A DNA stretch of 64,000 nt from a virus (lineage: Duplodnaviria > Caudoviricetes), in the IMG/VR virus record IMGVR_UViG_3300000942_000002, positions 1 to 64,000 of that record; one strand, written 5' to 3'. The position numbers were made by a program, and so were the translations under genes. The notes under the pieces were generated by a model that made no database searches, had not been told where the DNA came from, and saw nothing but the letters and a program-made list of their open reading frames with translations. Positions within the stretch are counted from its first letter, which is position 1. Each line of letters opens with the position of its first letter. This document shows, in pieces, positions 17,481 through 25,767 of this stretch.

Positions 17481-17897
17481 ATGATAAACACAAAAACAAT
17501 TTTACACAAAATAAAATGCTTGAAAAAAAGCCTTAAAAAATTAGTACAAAGAGTAGAAATTTTAGAAAATAATACAGGTGGTGGACCAAGTACTCCAGTA
17601 CCTTTTCAATCTTTAGATTTAAGTGGTTTTCCTTTTTCAGGAGGAACTGTTGAATATAGAGTAGTTGACAATTTTGCTCATATAAGATTTAGGAATTTTA
17701 GAACAGGTGCAATAGGCCCAGCAAATGTTGTAAATCTTCCTGCTGCTGTAAGACCTCCTGAAGATGTATATCTACTAGGTTATGATGATACAAATTTTAG
17801 TCAAGAGTCTTATTTTATAATTCAAGCAAACGGAGATATCATACAACCTGATGAAAATTTTTATTTAGATACAGATCATATATACCCTATAATATAA
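17481..17897 (+). CDS. Small fibre / receptor-binding-like protein 1
   Basis: Helical N-terminus plus GTVEYRV..NFAHIRF...LPAAVRP beta-domain typical of fibre tips. Confidence 0.65.
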   Translation: MINTKTILHKIKCLKKSLKKLVQRVEILENNTGGGPSTPVPFQSLDLSGFPFSGGTVEYRVVDNFAHIRFRNFRTGAIGPANVVNLPAAVRPPEDVYLLGYDDTNFSQESYFIIQANGDIIQPDENFYLDTDHIYPII

Positions 17898-18008
17898 ATG
17901 GACAAATTACTAAAACAAATAAAATGGGCCTATAAGAGGTATCAATTTTTCAGGATTAACTATAAGCTTACACCTTGCTTATGTAACTTTAACTTTTGCT
18001 TAATATGA
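17898..18008 (+). CDS. 36-aa microprotein MDKLLKQIKWAYKRYQFFRINYKLTPCLCNFNFCLI (not in ORF track)
   Basis: Starts immediately after the 17897 stop and ends in an ATGA overlap with the next start at 18005. Confidence 0.45.
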   Translation: MDKLLKQIKWAYKRYQFFRINYKLTPCLCNFNFCLI

Positions 18009-18415
18009 TAACGATAAACACAATAAAAAAATTAATTCATAAGGTAAAATGCCTTATGAAAAAAGTAGATACTTTAGAACAAAATTCCGGAACAGTAGCT
18101 TTACCTCAATTTAGTGCTTTTCAAAATGTTTCTTTAGATCTCACTTCTTCTGGTACAGTTCAATACAGAACAGATGGTAGAAGAGTGCATTTAAGATTTA
18201 TAAATTATATAAAACCAACAATAGGTTTTGACTCTCTTCCTTCCGTTATTGCCCCTGAACCTGGTAATCCAGAAGGAAGTTATTTTTTACATTTTGATAG
18301 CGAACTTACAGTAGACTTAATTAAAGTATTTTTAGGTGGGGGAATTATAAATCCTCAAGCTACAACTTCTCTAGATACTATTAATATTACTGCTGATTTC
18401 TACTATTTTATATAA
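18005..18415 (+). CDS. Small fibre / receptor-binding-like protein 2 (paralog of 17481..17897)
   Basis: Shared HK[IV]KCL.K N-terminus and GTV[EQ]YR...H[IL]RF motif; ATG at 18005 preferred over TTG at 17996. Confidence 0.65.
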   Translation: MITINTIKKLIHKVKCLMKKVDTLEQNSGTVALPQFSAFQNVSLDLTSSGTVQYRTDGRRVHLRFINYIKPTIGFDSLPSVIAPEPGNPEGSYFLHFDSELTVDLIKVFLGGGIINPQATTSLDTINITADFYYFI

Positions 18416-18426
18416 AACAGACCTGA

Positions 18427-19527
18427 ATGAAAAGTTTAGAAGATAGTATAAGACATTTACCCCAACTTGAGAGAACAATTAGATGCCTCAAGAAAGATTT
18501 TAATGCATTAGAATATGTAAAAGATCTTGTTGATATAACTTTTGATGCTTCTTATAATCTAGATATTTCATTTTTAGACCAAGAAGATGCAGTTCAAGTT
18601 ATCTCAACAAATCTGTCTTCTCTTGTCATCCCTACGGAATTCAGGCCAGATATAGTTGTAGATAATTATAATGAACTTTTAACAATAACAGGACAAGCAC
18701 TCTATGAGTTTGCCCAAGTTAATAATTCTCAAGGTTTTAGATGGATTCCAGGATCTTTTGGAGGAACTTATTATGGTTCAGGACTTTACTATTGGAATGG
18801 GACAAATTGGGTTCATGACAATGATGCTATATTTAATGCTTTCCAAGATTTTACTATATTACTAAATAACTTAACAACAGATTTAGCTCAAGAAGTAACT
18901 TTTAGAATAAGTGGTGACCAAAACCTTCAAACACAATTAGATAACCATATTGCTTTAACTAATCCTCATAATACTACTTTTACAGAAACTGTCACTGCTG
19001 ACCCAAATACAGATATAACACCAGCAGAAGCAGAGGAGTTGACTGATGGTAGTATTACTCAATTACATGATCATCCTTACAGATTTCAACTTTTTAGTAA
19101 AGTTATTTCTAATGATACTACAATTCCTGGAATAAATAATACTGATGTTCTTGCTGTTCATAACTCTATAGCTTTTACAAATACAGAATTTGGCCTGTAT
19201 GAAATAGATTGGGGATTTTTATGGAGTTTAAATTTTGGTGGAGATGATTTTATAGGAGAGATTAGAGTAGATGGTACTGCTATATGGCAATTCAGACAAG
19301 AGCCAAAAGATGTTACTGGAGGAGAAGGGATAGTTTTAGCTTTAGTTGGAGGAGGTACAGAACAAACTGGGACTAACCAAAGATCGTCAAATTCTGACTT
19401 TGATGTGGTGCCTTTAAATCCAGGCCCTCATACTATAGAGCTTTTATGGAGCTGTGCACCTGGTGGAGGTGGTGACAGAGCTACAATTTATCAATCAAAA
19501 TTACTAGTTAAACAAATAGGGAGATAA
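18427..19527 (+). CDS. Putative tail fibre / spike protein
   Basis: N-terminal IRCLKK helix, HIALTNPHNTT fibre-type repeat, beta-rich C-terminus. Confidence 0.6.
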   Translation: MKSLEDSIRHLPQLERTIRCLKKDFNALEYVKDLVDITFDASYNLDISFLDQEDAVQVISTNLSSLVIPTEFRPDIVVDNYNELLTITGQALYEFAQVNNSQGFRWIPGSFGGTYYGSGLYYWNGTNWVHDNDAIFNAFQDFTILLNNLTTDLAQEVTFRISGDQNLQTQLDNHIALTNPHNTTFTETVTADPNTDITPAEAEELTDGSITQLHDHPYRFQLFSKVISNDTTIPGINNTDVLAVHNSIAFTNTEFGLYEIDWGFLWSLNFGGDDFIGEIRVDGTAIWQFRQEPKDVTGGEGIVLALVGGGTEQTGTNQRSSNSDFDVVPLNPGPHTIELLWSCAPGGGGDRATIYQSKLLVKQIGR

Positions 19528-19528
19528 T

Positions 19529-20230
19529 ATGAGAATAGTACAAACACTTAGAATTTGGGATATACTTGAAGCCCTTGATTATGAATATTTATCTGAAGGG
19601 ATGCTTATGTCCCTTGATTTTACTTTACTTGGTTTAGAGCAAGTAGATTGGACAATAAAAAGAGGTAGAAGAGAAAACAGGTATTACTATAATGATAAAA
19701 ACGAACTTGTTGTAGAACATTTATACAACTATGAATACACACAATCAGGTAATGTTAAAAATTATACCCAAACAATAAATTGGTATAATAAACAAGGACA
19801 AATAGGTTTAACTAAAAATGTAAATGTAAAAAAAGGGTCTGGTAGTATTACTAGATTAAATAGGACAATTAGACAAAATCAAATTGATTTCTTAATAGAG
19901 GAAGGAGAAAATCTTCGTTATTTGGTTACTACTTTAACTTTAGATAATTTTGGAGGTAATCAAGCTTTAATGGATGGCACCATTGCTGCTTATTTAGACG
20001 TTGCAAATAGTTTAGATTTTCTTGTAAAATATTTTGATAAACAGATAAATTTGTATATACTTCGAGGAATAAAAGATTTCGAGAATAATGTAAGAGGGAT
20101 TATAGATGGTATTATCAATGAACCAGAGGTTAAAGAGAAACTGTTAAAATTTGTTGAAAAAGCCCCTAGCGAAAAATATCCAAATGTTAAAAGAGTATAT
20201 AATTCAATTTTAGAACAAATTGTTAATTAA
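19529..20230 (+). CDS. Hypothetical protein (possible fibre assembly factor)
   Basis: Long ORF coupled to the preceding fibre-like gene. Confidence 0.6.
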   Translation: MRIVQTLRIWDILEALDYEYLSEGMLMSLDFTLLGLEQVDWTIKRGRRENRYYYNDKNELVVEHLYNYEYTQSGNVKNYTQTINWYNKQGQIGLTKNVNVKKGSGSITRLNRTIRQNQIDFLIEEGENLRYLVTTLTLDNFGGNQALMDGTIAAYLDVANSLDFLVKYFDKQINLYILRGIKDFENNVRGIIDGIINEPEVKEKLLKFVEKAPSEKYPNVKRVYNSILEQIVN

Positions 20231-20237
20231 TTTTTTA

Positions 20238-20245
20238 TATATTTG
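20238..20245 (+). promoter_or_regulatory. Candidate -7 element (TATATTTG) before membrane/holin genes
   Basis: Matches TAnnTTTG in an intergenic gap. Confidence 0.5.
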
Positions 20246-20270
20246 CACTAGCACAAACCCAAAATAATCT

Positions 20271-20687
20271 ATGAAAAAATTTACTTCGGTTACATTTCAA
20301 TTATTATTAAATGGCTTACTAGCCTTTATTGCTGTAAAACTTTTGAAATATTTATTGATACCAGCAGTTATCACAACTCTTGTTATGTCTTTCTTTAGAA
20401 CTAAAGTAGGAGAAGGTTTTTTAAATGTCAGCCAATATCTAAGGGAAGTAGCTGTTTCAGTAGATCAACTAGGGAATGTTGTCTGTAGTGATCTCTTTGA
20501 TGTAACCTTAATTAAAAGAAAACAAGGTTACAGATTTGGAAATCCTGATGAGACAATAAGTGGAGTTTTAGGAAAAAATCAAAGACTTAATACTTTGAGT
20601 AAAGTAGGGAAAGCTTTAAACTTTATACTAAATAAGCTGGACCCTAATCACTCAATTAAATCTATAGAAGATGACGAAACAGTATAG
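20271..20687 (+). CDS. Conserved phage membrane protein
   Basis: Hydrophobic N-terminus; SVDQLGNV...FGNPDETISGVLGKN...LDPNH motif. Confidence 0.75.
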   Translation: MKKFTSVTFQLLLNGLLAFIAVKLLKYLLIPAVITTLVMSFFRTKVGEGFLNVSQYLREVAVSVDQLGNVVCSDLFDVTLIKRKQGYRFGNPDETISGVLGKNQRLNTLSKVGKALNFILNKLDPNHSIKSIEDDETV

Positions 20688-21201
20688 TTTTTTACAATTT
20701 TTTTCAAATTTTTCTTGGAAGAAGGCAATCGTTTTTCTTCCTACACCATTTTTAGCCCAAATTGAAACTGTGAAATATTCTTTAGTTGGACTTTTAATAG
20801 TCATATTTGCAGACTTGTTCACTGCACTAGTGTCACATTTTTATAAAATGCGAAAAGAACAAAAAAGAAAATTGACTTTTAATGATTACAGACATGGTAT
20901 AGTGTCAGGAGGATTAAGACAAACTATTAAAAAATCCTATCAATATGGAATGGCGATCATAGTCATTTTTGTTATTGAGGTCTTTGGTTTTGGAGGAAGA
21001 ATTAATTTCACAGTCCCTTTAATCAATGTTAATGCAAACCTAACGCAATTTTTTGCTTGGGCTTTTGCAATGATAGAAATGAAAAGTATAGATGAAAATT
21101 TAAAAGATGTATCAGGAAAATCTTTTATTGAGTCTATAGTAAACATCTTCAAATATCTTAGAGAAACTATTTCTCAAATCACAGGTAAAAATCAAAAATA
21201 A
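20671..21201 (+). CDS. Holin (phage holin family 4-like)
   Basis: Several TM segments; DLFTA...SGGLRQT..K...IEMKSIDEN pattern. Confidence 0.7.
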   Translation: MTKQYSFLQFFSNFSWKKAIVFLPTPFLAQIETVKYSLVGLLIVIFADLFTALVSHFYKMRKEQKRKLTFNDYRHGIVSGGLRQTIKKSYQYGMAIIVIFVIEVFGFGGRINFTVPLINVNANLTQFFAWAFAMIEMKSIDENLKDVSGKSFIESIVNIFKYLRETISQITGKNQK

Positions 21202-21212
21202 ATTTATTTTCA

Positions 21213-22532
21213 ATGGTAAAACAACAAATTATTAACCACCTTATTTCTAATGGTGGTAAATTGGCAGACGGAGAAACATGGTTGTCAATAGCAAAAACTT
21301 ATGGAATAGAAGTTTCAGATAAGAAAAGAGCAAAGAAAGATAAAGCTTATTATAAGAAGTCGATTTCAAGAACAGCTCAAAGGTATTGGGAGTCTTATGT
21401 TAAACAACAAAAGAAATTAGAACTGGCCAAACAAATTTATGTAGATGGTAAATTAAAATTTGAAACTTTTAAAAAGGGCCCTGAAAAAGCTCAATTACCA
21501 GAAAATCCAGAAGACTATGAAATTGAGAGAATTACTACAAATCCTTATGGAGGAGCCTGGACAAAATTCAAGAAAAGAGAAAAAAGTTTTGATGAAGAGC
21601 ACCTAGATAAACTAGAAAGCATACTAAAAGATATAACTCCGAGTGAGTATAAATACAATAAAACTCACACAAACAAAGCTGTATTCATATATGGGTCAGA
21701 TAAACATATAGGAGCTCTCACCAAAGCAGACTCTATCTACACAAATAAGTATGACAGAGAAGAAATTAAACGAAGACTAATTACAGGCACTTTAGATCAA
21801 ATTGAAGAATGGATTGACTTAATTGGTACTCCAGAAGCTCTATACATTATGGATTTTGGAGATGCTCTAGATGGTTTTAATCAGAAAACTACAGGAGGGC
21901 TTAGAGGTACCTCAACACATATTCTCCCTCAACAAATGAATAACAGAGAACAATCTGATTTCTATATTGAAGTTCACAAAGAATTATTTGATATTCTTGT
22001 GGAGAAACAGTATGCTAAAGACATATACTTTGTTACAACTAGTAACTCTAATCATGGTGGGGATTTTGAGTATCAAGCCATGAGAACTGTAGAAGAGTGG
22101 TTGAAAGTTAGGTATCCTTTTATAAAAACAAAAATAAACTACCTTCCTTTTAATCACTTTTTCTATGGAGAACATTGCATAATTTTTGGTCATGGTAAAG
22201 ATGAAGAGGATATGAAAAATGGTATGCCCTTAAATCTTACTGAAAAAGTTGAGAATTATATTAACGATTACATAAACAAGAACCAACTTCACGATAAAAA
22301 TGTCCATGTAATAACTGGGGATTTACATCAAAGTTCAGAAAATTATGGAAAGAATTTCAGATATAAAAAAGTTCTCTCTCAATATGGGTCAAGCAAGTGG
22401 ATGCATACAAATTTTGGTTCAGGAAGCCCCGGTTTATCCTCAGAAGTTATGATTAAAAATCAAAATAAAATTTACAAAGCAGACAAATTCTTTGCCATTG
22501 AAAATGAATCGAATACAGGTATAAGCTTTTAA
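21213..22532 (+). CDS. Calcineurin-like metallophosphoesterase with helical N-terminal domain
   Basis: DKHIG, GDALDG, SNHG, GHG and GDLHQ motifs in canonical order. Confidence 0.85.
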   Translation: MVKQQIINHLISNGGKLADGETWLSIAKTYGIEVSDKKRAKKDKAYYKKSISRTAQRYWESYVKQQKKLELAKQIYVDGKLKFETFKKGPEKAQLPENPEDYEIERITTNPYGGAWTKFKKREKSFDEEHLDKLESILKDITPSEYKYNKTHTNKAVFIYGSDKHIGALTKADSIYTNKYDREEIKRRLITGTLDQIEEWIDLIGTPEALYIMDFGDALDGFNQKTTGGLRGTSTHILPQQMNNREQSDFYIEVHKELFDILVEKQYAKDIYFVTTSNSNHGGDFEYQAMRTVEEWLKVRYPFIKTKINYLPFNHFFYGEHCIIFGHGKDEEDMKNGMPLNLTEKVENYINDYINKNQLHDKNVHVITGDLHQSSENYGKNFRYKKVLSQYGSSKWMHTNFGSGSPGLSSEVMIKNQNKIYKADKFFAIENESNTGISF

Positions 22533-22544
22533 ATTATTTTTTAC

Positions 22545-22552
22545 TATCTTTG
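22545..22552 (+). promoter_or_regulatory. Candidate -7 element (TATCTTTG)
   Basis: Matches TAnnTTTG just upstream of the nuclease gene. Confidence 0.45.
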
Positions 22553-22556
22553 TCAG

Positions 22557-23273
22557 ATGGAAAAAGACAAAAAAAGAATATTAAAATTTTTTGAAAAACT
22601 AGAGTTTGATGAAGGAAAACATTTATACTCTGTAAATGGAGACAAGATAAATTCATCTGTTTCTAAAATAATTAAGAATTTTGTTAAGCCTTTCGATGCA
22701 CAAAGAATTAGTAAAGGTGTAGCTGAAAAGGAAGGAGTATCACAAGAAGTAATACTCAAAAGATGGAAACAAGCTGGAAAGGAGGCCTGTGATAAAGGAA
22801 CTAGAGTTCATCTTTTTGGTGAACTCTACCCTTTTGATAGAAGTCTAAAACCTTCAGATGGTTTTGAAGAAGCTGTAATACAATTCTGGAATGATTTGCC
22901 GGAGCATATTGTTCCTGTAATCATGGAGCTTAGAATGTATCATAAAGACTATTTATTTGCAGGTACAGGGGATATACTCCTTTATAATAAATTGACAGGC
23001 AGATATATAATAGGAGATTACAAAACTAATAAAGATCTTTTTAAAAATCATAAAGGTAAAAAGATGTTAGGATTATTTGATGATCTTTTAGATATGCCTT
23101 TGAATCATTATCAGTTACAACTTTCTTTTTATCAAATTCTTTTTGAGCAAATTGGATTACAGGTAGAATCAAGAAAGATTATATGGTTAAAACCTAATGG
23201 TACCTATGACATGTATGATACAGAAAATTATACAGGTATTTTAAAAGATTACCTTAAACACAATAAAGTATGA
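22557..23273 (+). CDS. PD-(D/E)xK nuclease (RecB/Cas4-like fold)
   Basis: GTRVH...AGTGD...IIGDYKT...YQLQLSFY. Confidence 0.85.
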   Translation: MEKDKKRILKFFEKLEFDEGKHLYSVNGDKINSSVSKIIKNFVKPFDAQRISKGVAEKEGVSQEVILKRWKQAGKEACDKGTRVHLFGELYPFDRSLKPSDGFEEAVIQFWNDLPEHIVPVIMELRMYHKDYLFAGTGDILLYNKLTGRYIIGDYKTNKDLFKNHKGKKMLGLFDDLLDMPLNHYQLQLSFYQILFEQIGLQVESRKIIWLKPNGTYDMYDTENYTGILKDYLKHNKV

Positions 23274-23998
23274 AAATAAGAAATGCGATACAAAGGGTAC
23301 AATCTCTGTATTCCAGAGGAGTCCAATCAGATGATACTAGATTATCTCGTAGACATATTTATAGTAAACTTTTAACTGTTAGGTCTAAGCTTATCACTCA
23401 AAAAGCAAATAAAAGGCAACCTATAAGTCAATGGAATTACCAAACTTTAAATTGTGTAGAACTAGTAAAAGCAGAGCCTTATGAGTGTCCTTGTTTACCT
23501 TCTATAGGATGTGTTATCTTAAGAACAAAAGAAAAACTACCAAGACCAATGACAGGTATTATTGATGGGCATATGTTAGAATCTGTTACTACTTTAGATG
23601 GTAGTATTATCTTTTCTGAAACTACATGGAAAGATAAAAAGTACAAAAAAGGGAGCAAATACACTGCTGATAAGCCAGACTATTTTATTCGTGATGAATA
23701 TCTTTATGTAACAACCAAAAAGGGGCCAAAAGCCATAAGTATTACAGGATTATTTGAAGATCCTTTAGAAGCAGAAAGTTACCCTGGAATTTGCCCTCAA
23801 GAAATCTGTGGGGAAAGTACTCCAGAAGATGATTGTCCAGACTGTATTAGTCCATTAGACAAAGAATTACCAATCAGTAAAGATATGGTTGACACTTTAA
23901 TAGAAATGACAGCGCAAGAATTGATAGTGATGTTTTCTCAAAATAAAGAAGATATTACAAACAATACTCTCGATTCTTTAAAAGAAGAAACTAAGTAA
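23270..23998 (+). CDS. Tail ring protein (ring 2-like)
   Basis: crAss-like synteny upstream of IHF, ring 1 and muzzle. Confidence 0.65.
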   Translation: MKIRNAIQRVQSLYSRGVQSDDTRLSRRHIYSKLLTVRSKLITQKANKRQPISQWNYQTLNCVELVKAEPYECPCLPSIGCVILRTKEKLPRPMTGIIDGHMLESVTTLDGSIIFSETTWKDKKYKKGSKYTADKPDYFIRDEYLYVTTKKGPKAISITGLFEDPLEAESYPGICPQEICGESTPEDDCPDCISPLDKELPISKDMVDTLIEMTAQELIVMFSQNKEDITNNTLDSLKEETK

Positions 23999-24456
23999 TG
24001 AAGAATTTAAGAGAAAGCTATAAGCTTTATAAAAAATTAGTAGAAAATCCTGTAGATATTAAAGATTATCTTTTACTTTCTGCGGAATATAATAAATTTT
24101 TAGTAAATAAAGTTTTAGAAGGAAAAGAAGTGACATTGCCTTCTAGAATGGGAACTCTGTCTATTGTAGGAAAAGAACAGACTATAAAGTTTGATGATGA
24201 GGGAAAAGTTACAGGTTTAGCTCCAGATTGGGTTAAAACAAAAAAACTTTGGGAAGAAAATGAGCAAGCTAGAAAAGAGAAAAAATTAGTGTTTCATACA
24301 AATAGTCACACTGATAATGTAAGATATAAGTATTTATGGTCCAAGAAAAATGTTTTGGTAGAAAACAAAACTTTATATTCTTTGAGACTTACAAGAACAA
24401 ATAAAAGGGCTGTACACCAAAAAATCCTGGAAGGAGCTCAATACAAAACTCAGTAA
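23998..24456 (+). CDS. IHF/HU-like protein (second copy)
   Basis: EGKEVTLPSRMGTLSI motif; position between ring genes as in crAss-like phages. Confidence 0.65.
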   Translation: MKNLRESYKLYKKLVENPVDIKDYLLLSAEYNKFLVNKVLEGKEVTLPSRMGTLSIVGKEQTIKFDDEGKVTGLAPDWVKTKKLWEENEQARKEKKLVFHTNSHTDNVRYKYLWSKKNVLVENKTLYSLRLTRTNKRAVHQKILEGAQYKTQ

Positions 24457-24457
24457 C

Positions 24458-24715
24458 ATGATAGCAAAAGCAGACAACGTAAGCTTTGAAGGGAAAGATA
24501 AGACAAGTCTTCCCAAAGGAGCAAAAGTTATTAAAAAAGATGTCAGAGTAACTGTTGAGGAAATAGAAAACGGTTATATTGTTAAGAAGAATTATGATAT
24601 CAAGTATAGTTTAGGTAAAAATATAGATTATCTTTACTATACAAAAAAAGTATTTTCGGAGACTAATCCTGTTCAAATTAAAGAGGATAAAATGTTAGCC
24701 GATTATTTTGATTAA
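24458..24715 (+). CDS. Hypothetical protein
   Basis: Coupled ORF. Confidence 0.7.
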   Translation: MIAKADNVSFEGKDKTSLPKGAKVIKKDVRVTVEEIENGYIVKKNYDIKYSLGKNIDYLYYTKKVFSETNPVQIKEDKMLADYFD

Positions 24716-24726
24716 AAACAGATAAT

Positions 24727-25767
24727 ATGAGCATGTTAAATTATGTCACAATTGATAGAGTATTCTCTAAACTAAACAGGGATCTCAAAGGGACAGAACT
24801 AAATGAATCTGATGTTATAGAATGGATAGGAGAAGCTTTAGAATTTCTAGAGGTTCCTCAAGTTCTGGTAGAAGATGTTAAATTTCTGAAGGTTAAAGAC
24901 TACCATGCAGAAATCCCAGACAATCTTCATATGATAACACAGATTGCAAAAAGAATCGAGTACCCTTTTATTGACACAAATGAATTAGAAGATAATTGTC
25001 CTTCACCTCAAGAGGAATCAAGTTGCTATACTGGAGATGAAAATTTTGATTGTGACTCGGATCTTGTGTCTATTTGTGACAGTGACATATCTCAGTATGA
25101 GCACATGCCTGATAATTATACTCTTGCTTTTTTAAACGCAGAAGAAACAAAATATCTTGATTCCCTAGCTCTTAATCAATTAGATTTAGACTGGACTTAT
25201 ACAATTTGGACTTCCTCGGAATACTACAAAAGAAATTTTACTCCTGTTAGATTAGCTACTGGAACTTTCTTTAATTCTTTAGTTTGTAAAGAAAAAGATA
25301 AATCTCTTTATTTAACGTGTGATTATGAATACACAGTTGTAGGTCAAACAGAAAAAAGGTTAAGATTTAATTTTATAGACGGAGATGTGGCAATTAGCTA
25401 TTTAAAAAATTCTGTTGATAAAGAAACAGGTTACCCTTTAATTCCAGATAATATCTCTTATATTACAGCTATTGTTTATTTTATTAGATGGAAAATAGCT
25501 GAAATGTATGATTGGGCAGGTAGAGAAGGTTGGGCTGTAAAAGCAGAAAAAGCTGAAGCAAAATGGTTAAAATATTGTCGTCAAGCTAAAAACAATATGA
25601 AGATGCCTAAAACTTTAGATGAGCATCAAAATCTTTTAGAGCAGACTCACTACTTAATTCCAGATCACAATAAATACTATGGTTTCTTTGGTAATCTTGG
25701 AAAAAGAAAACTAAGAAATTTTAATACTCTTGATAGAACCCGAACTAGAACTAGAACATATCGTTAA
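24727..25767 (+). CDS. Tail ring protein 1 (tail tubular protein)
   Basis: YVTIDRVFSKLNRD...DVIEWIGEAL N-terminus; GYPLIPD; directly upstream of the muzzle gene. Confidence 0.75.
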   Translation: MSMLNYVTIDRVFSKLNRDLKGTELNESDVIEWIGEALEFLEVPQVLVEDVKFLKVKDYHAEIPDNLHMITQIAKRIEYPFIDTNELEDNCPSPQEESSCYTGDENFDCDSDLVSICDSDISQYEHMPDNYTLAFLNAEETKYLDSLALNQLDLDWTYTIWTSSEYYKRNFTPVRLATGTFFNSLVCKEKDKSLYLTCDYEYTVVGQTEKRLRFNFIDGDVAISYLKNSVDKETGYPLIPDNISYITAIVYFIRWKIAEMYDWAGREGWAVKAEKAEAKWLKYCRQAKNNMKMPKTLDEHQNLLEQTHYLIPDHNKYYGFFGNLGKRKLRNFNTLDRTRTRTRTYR

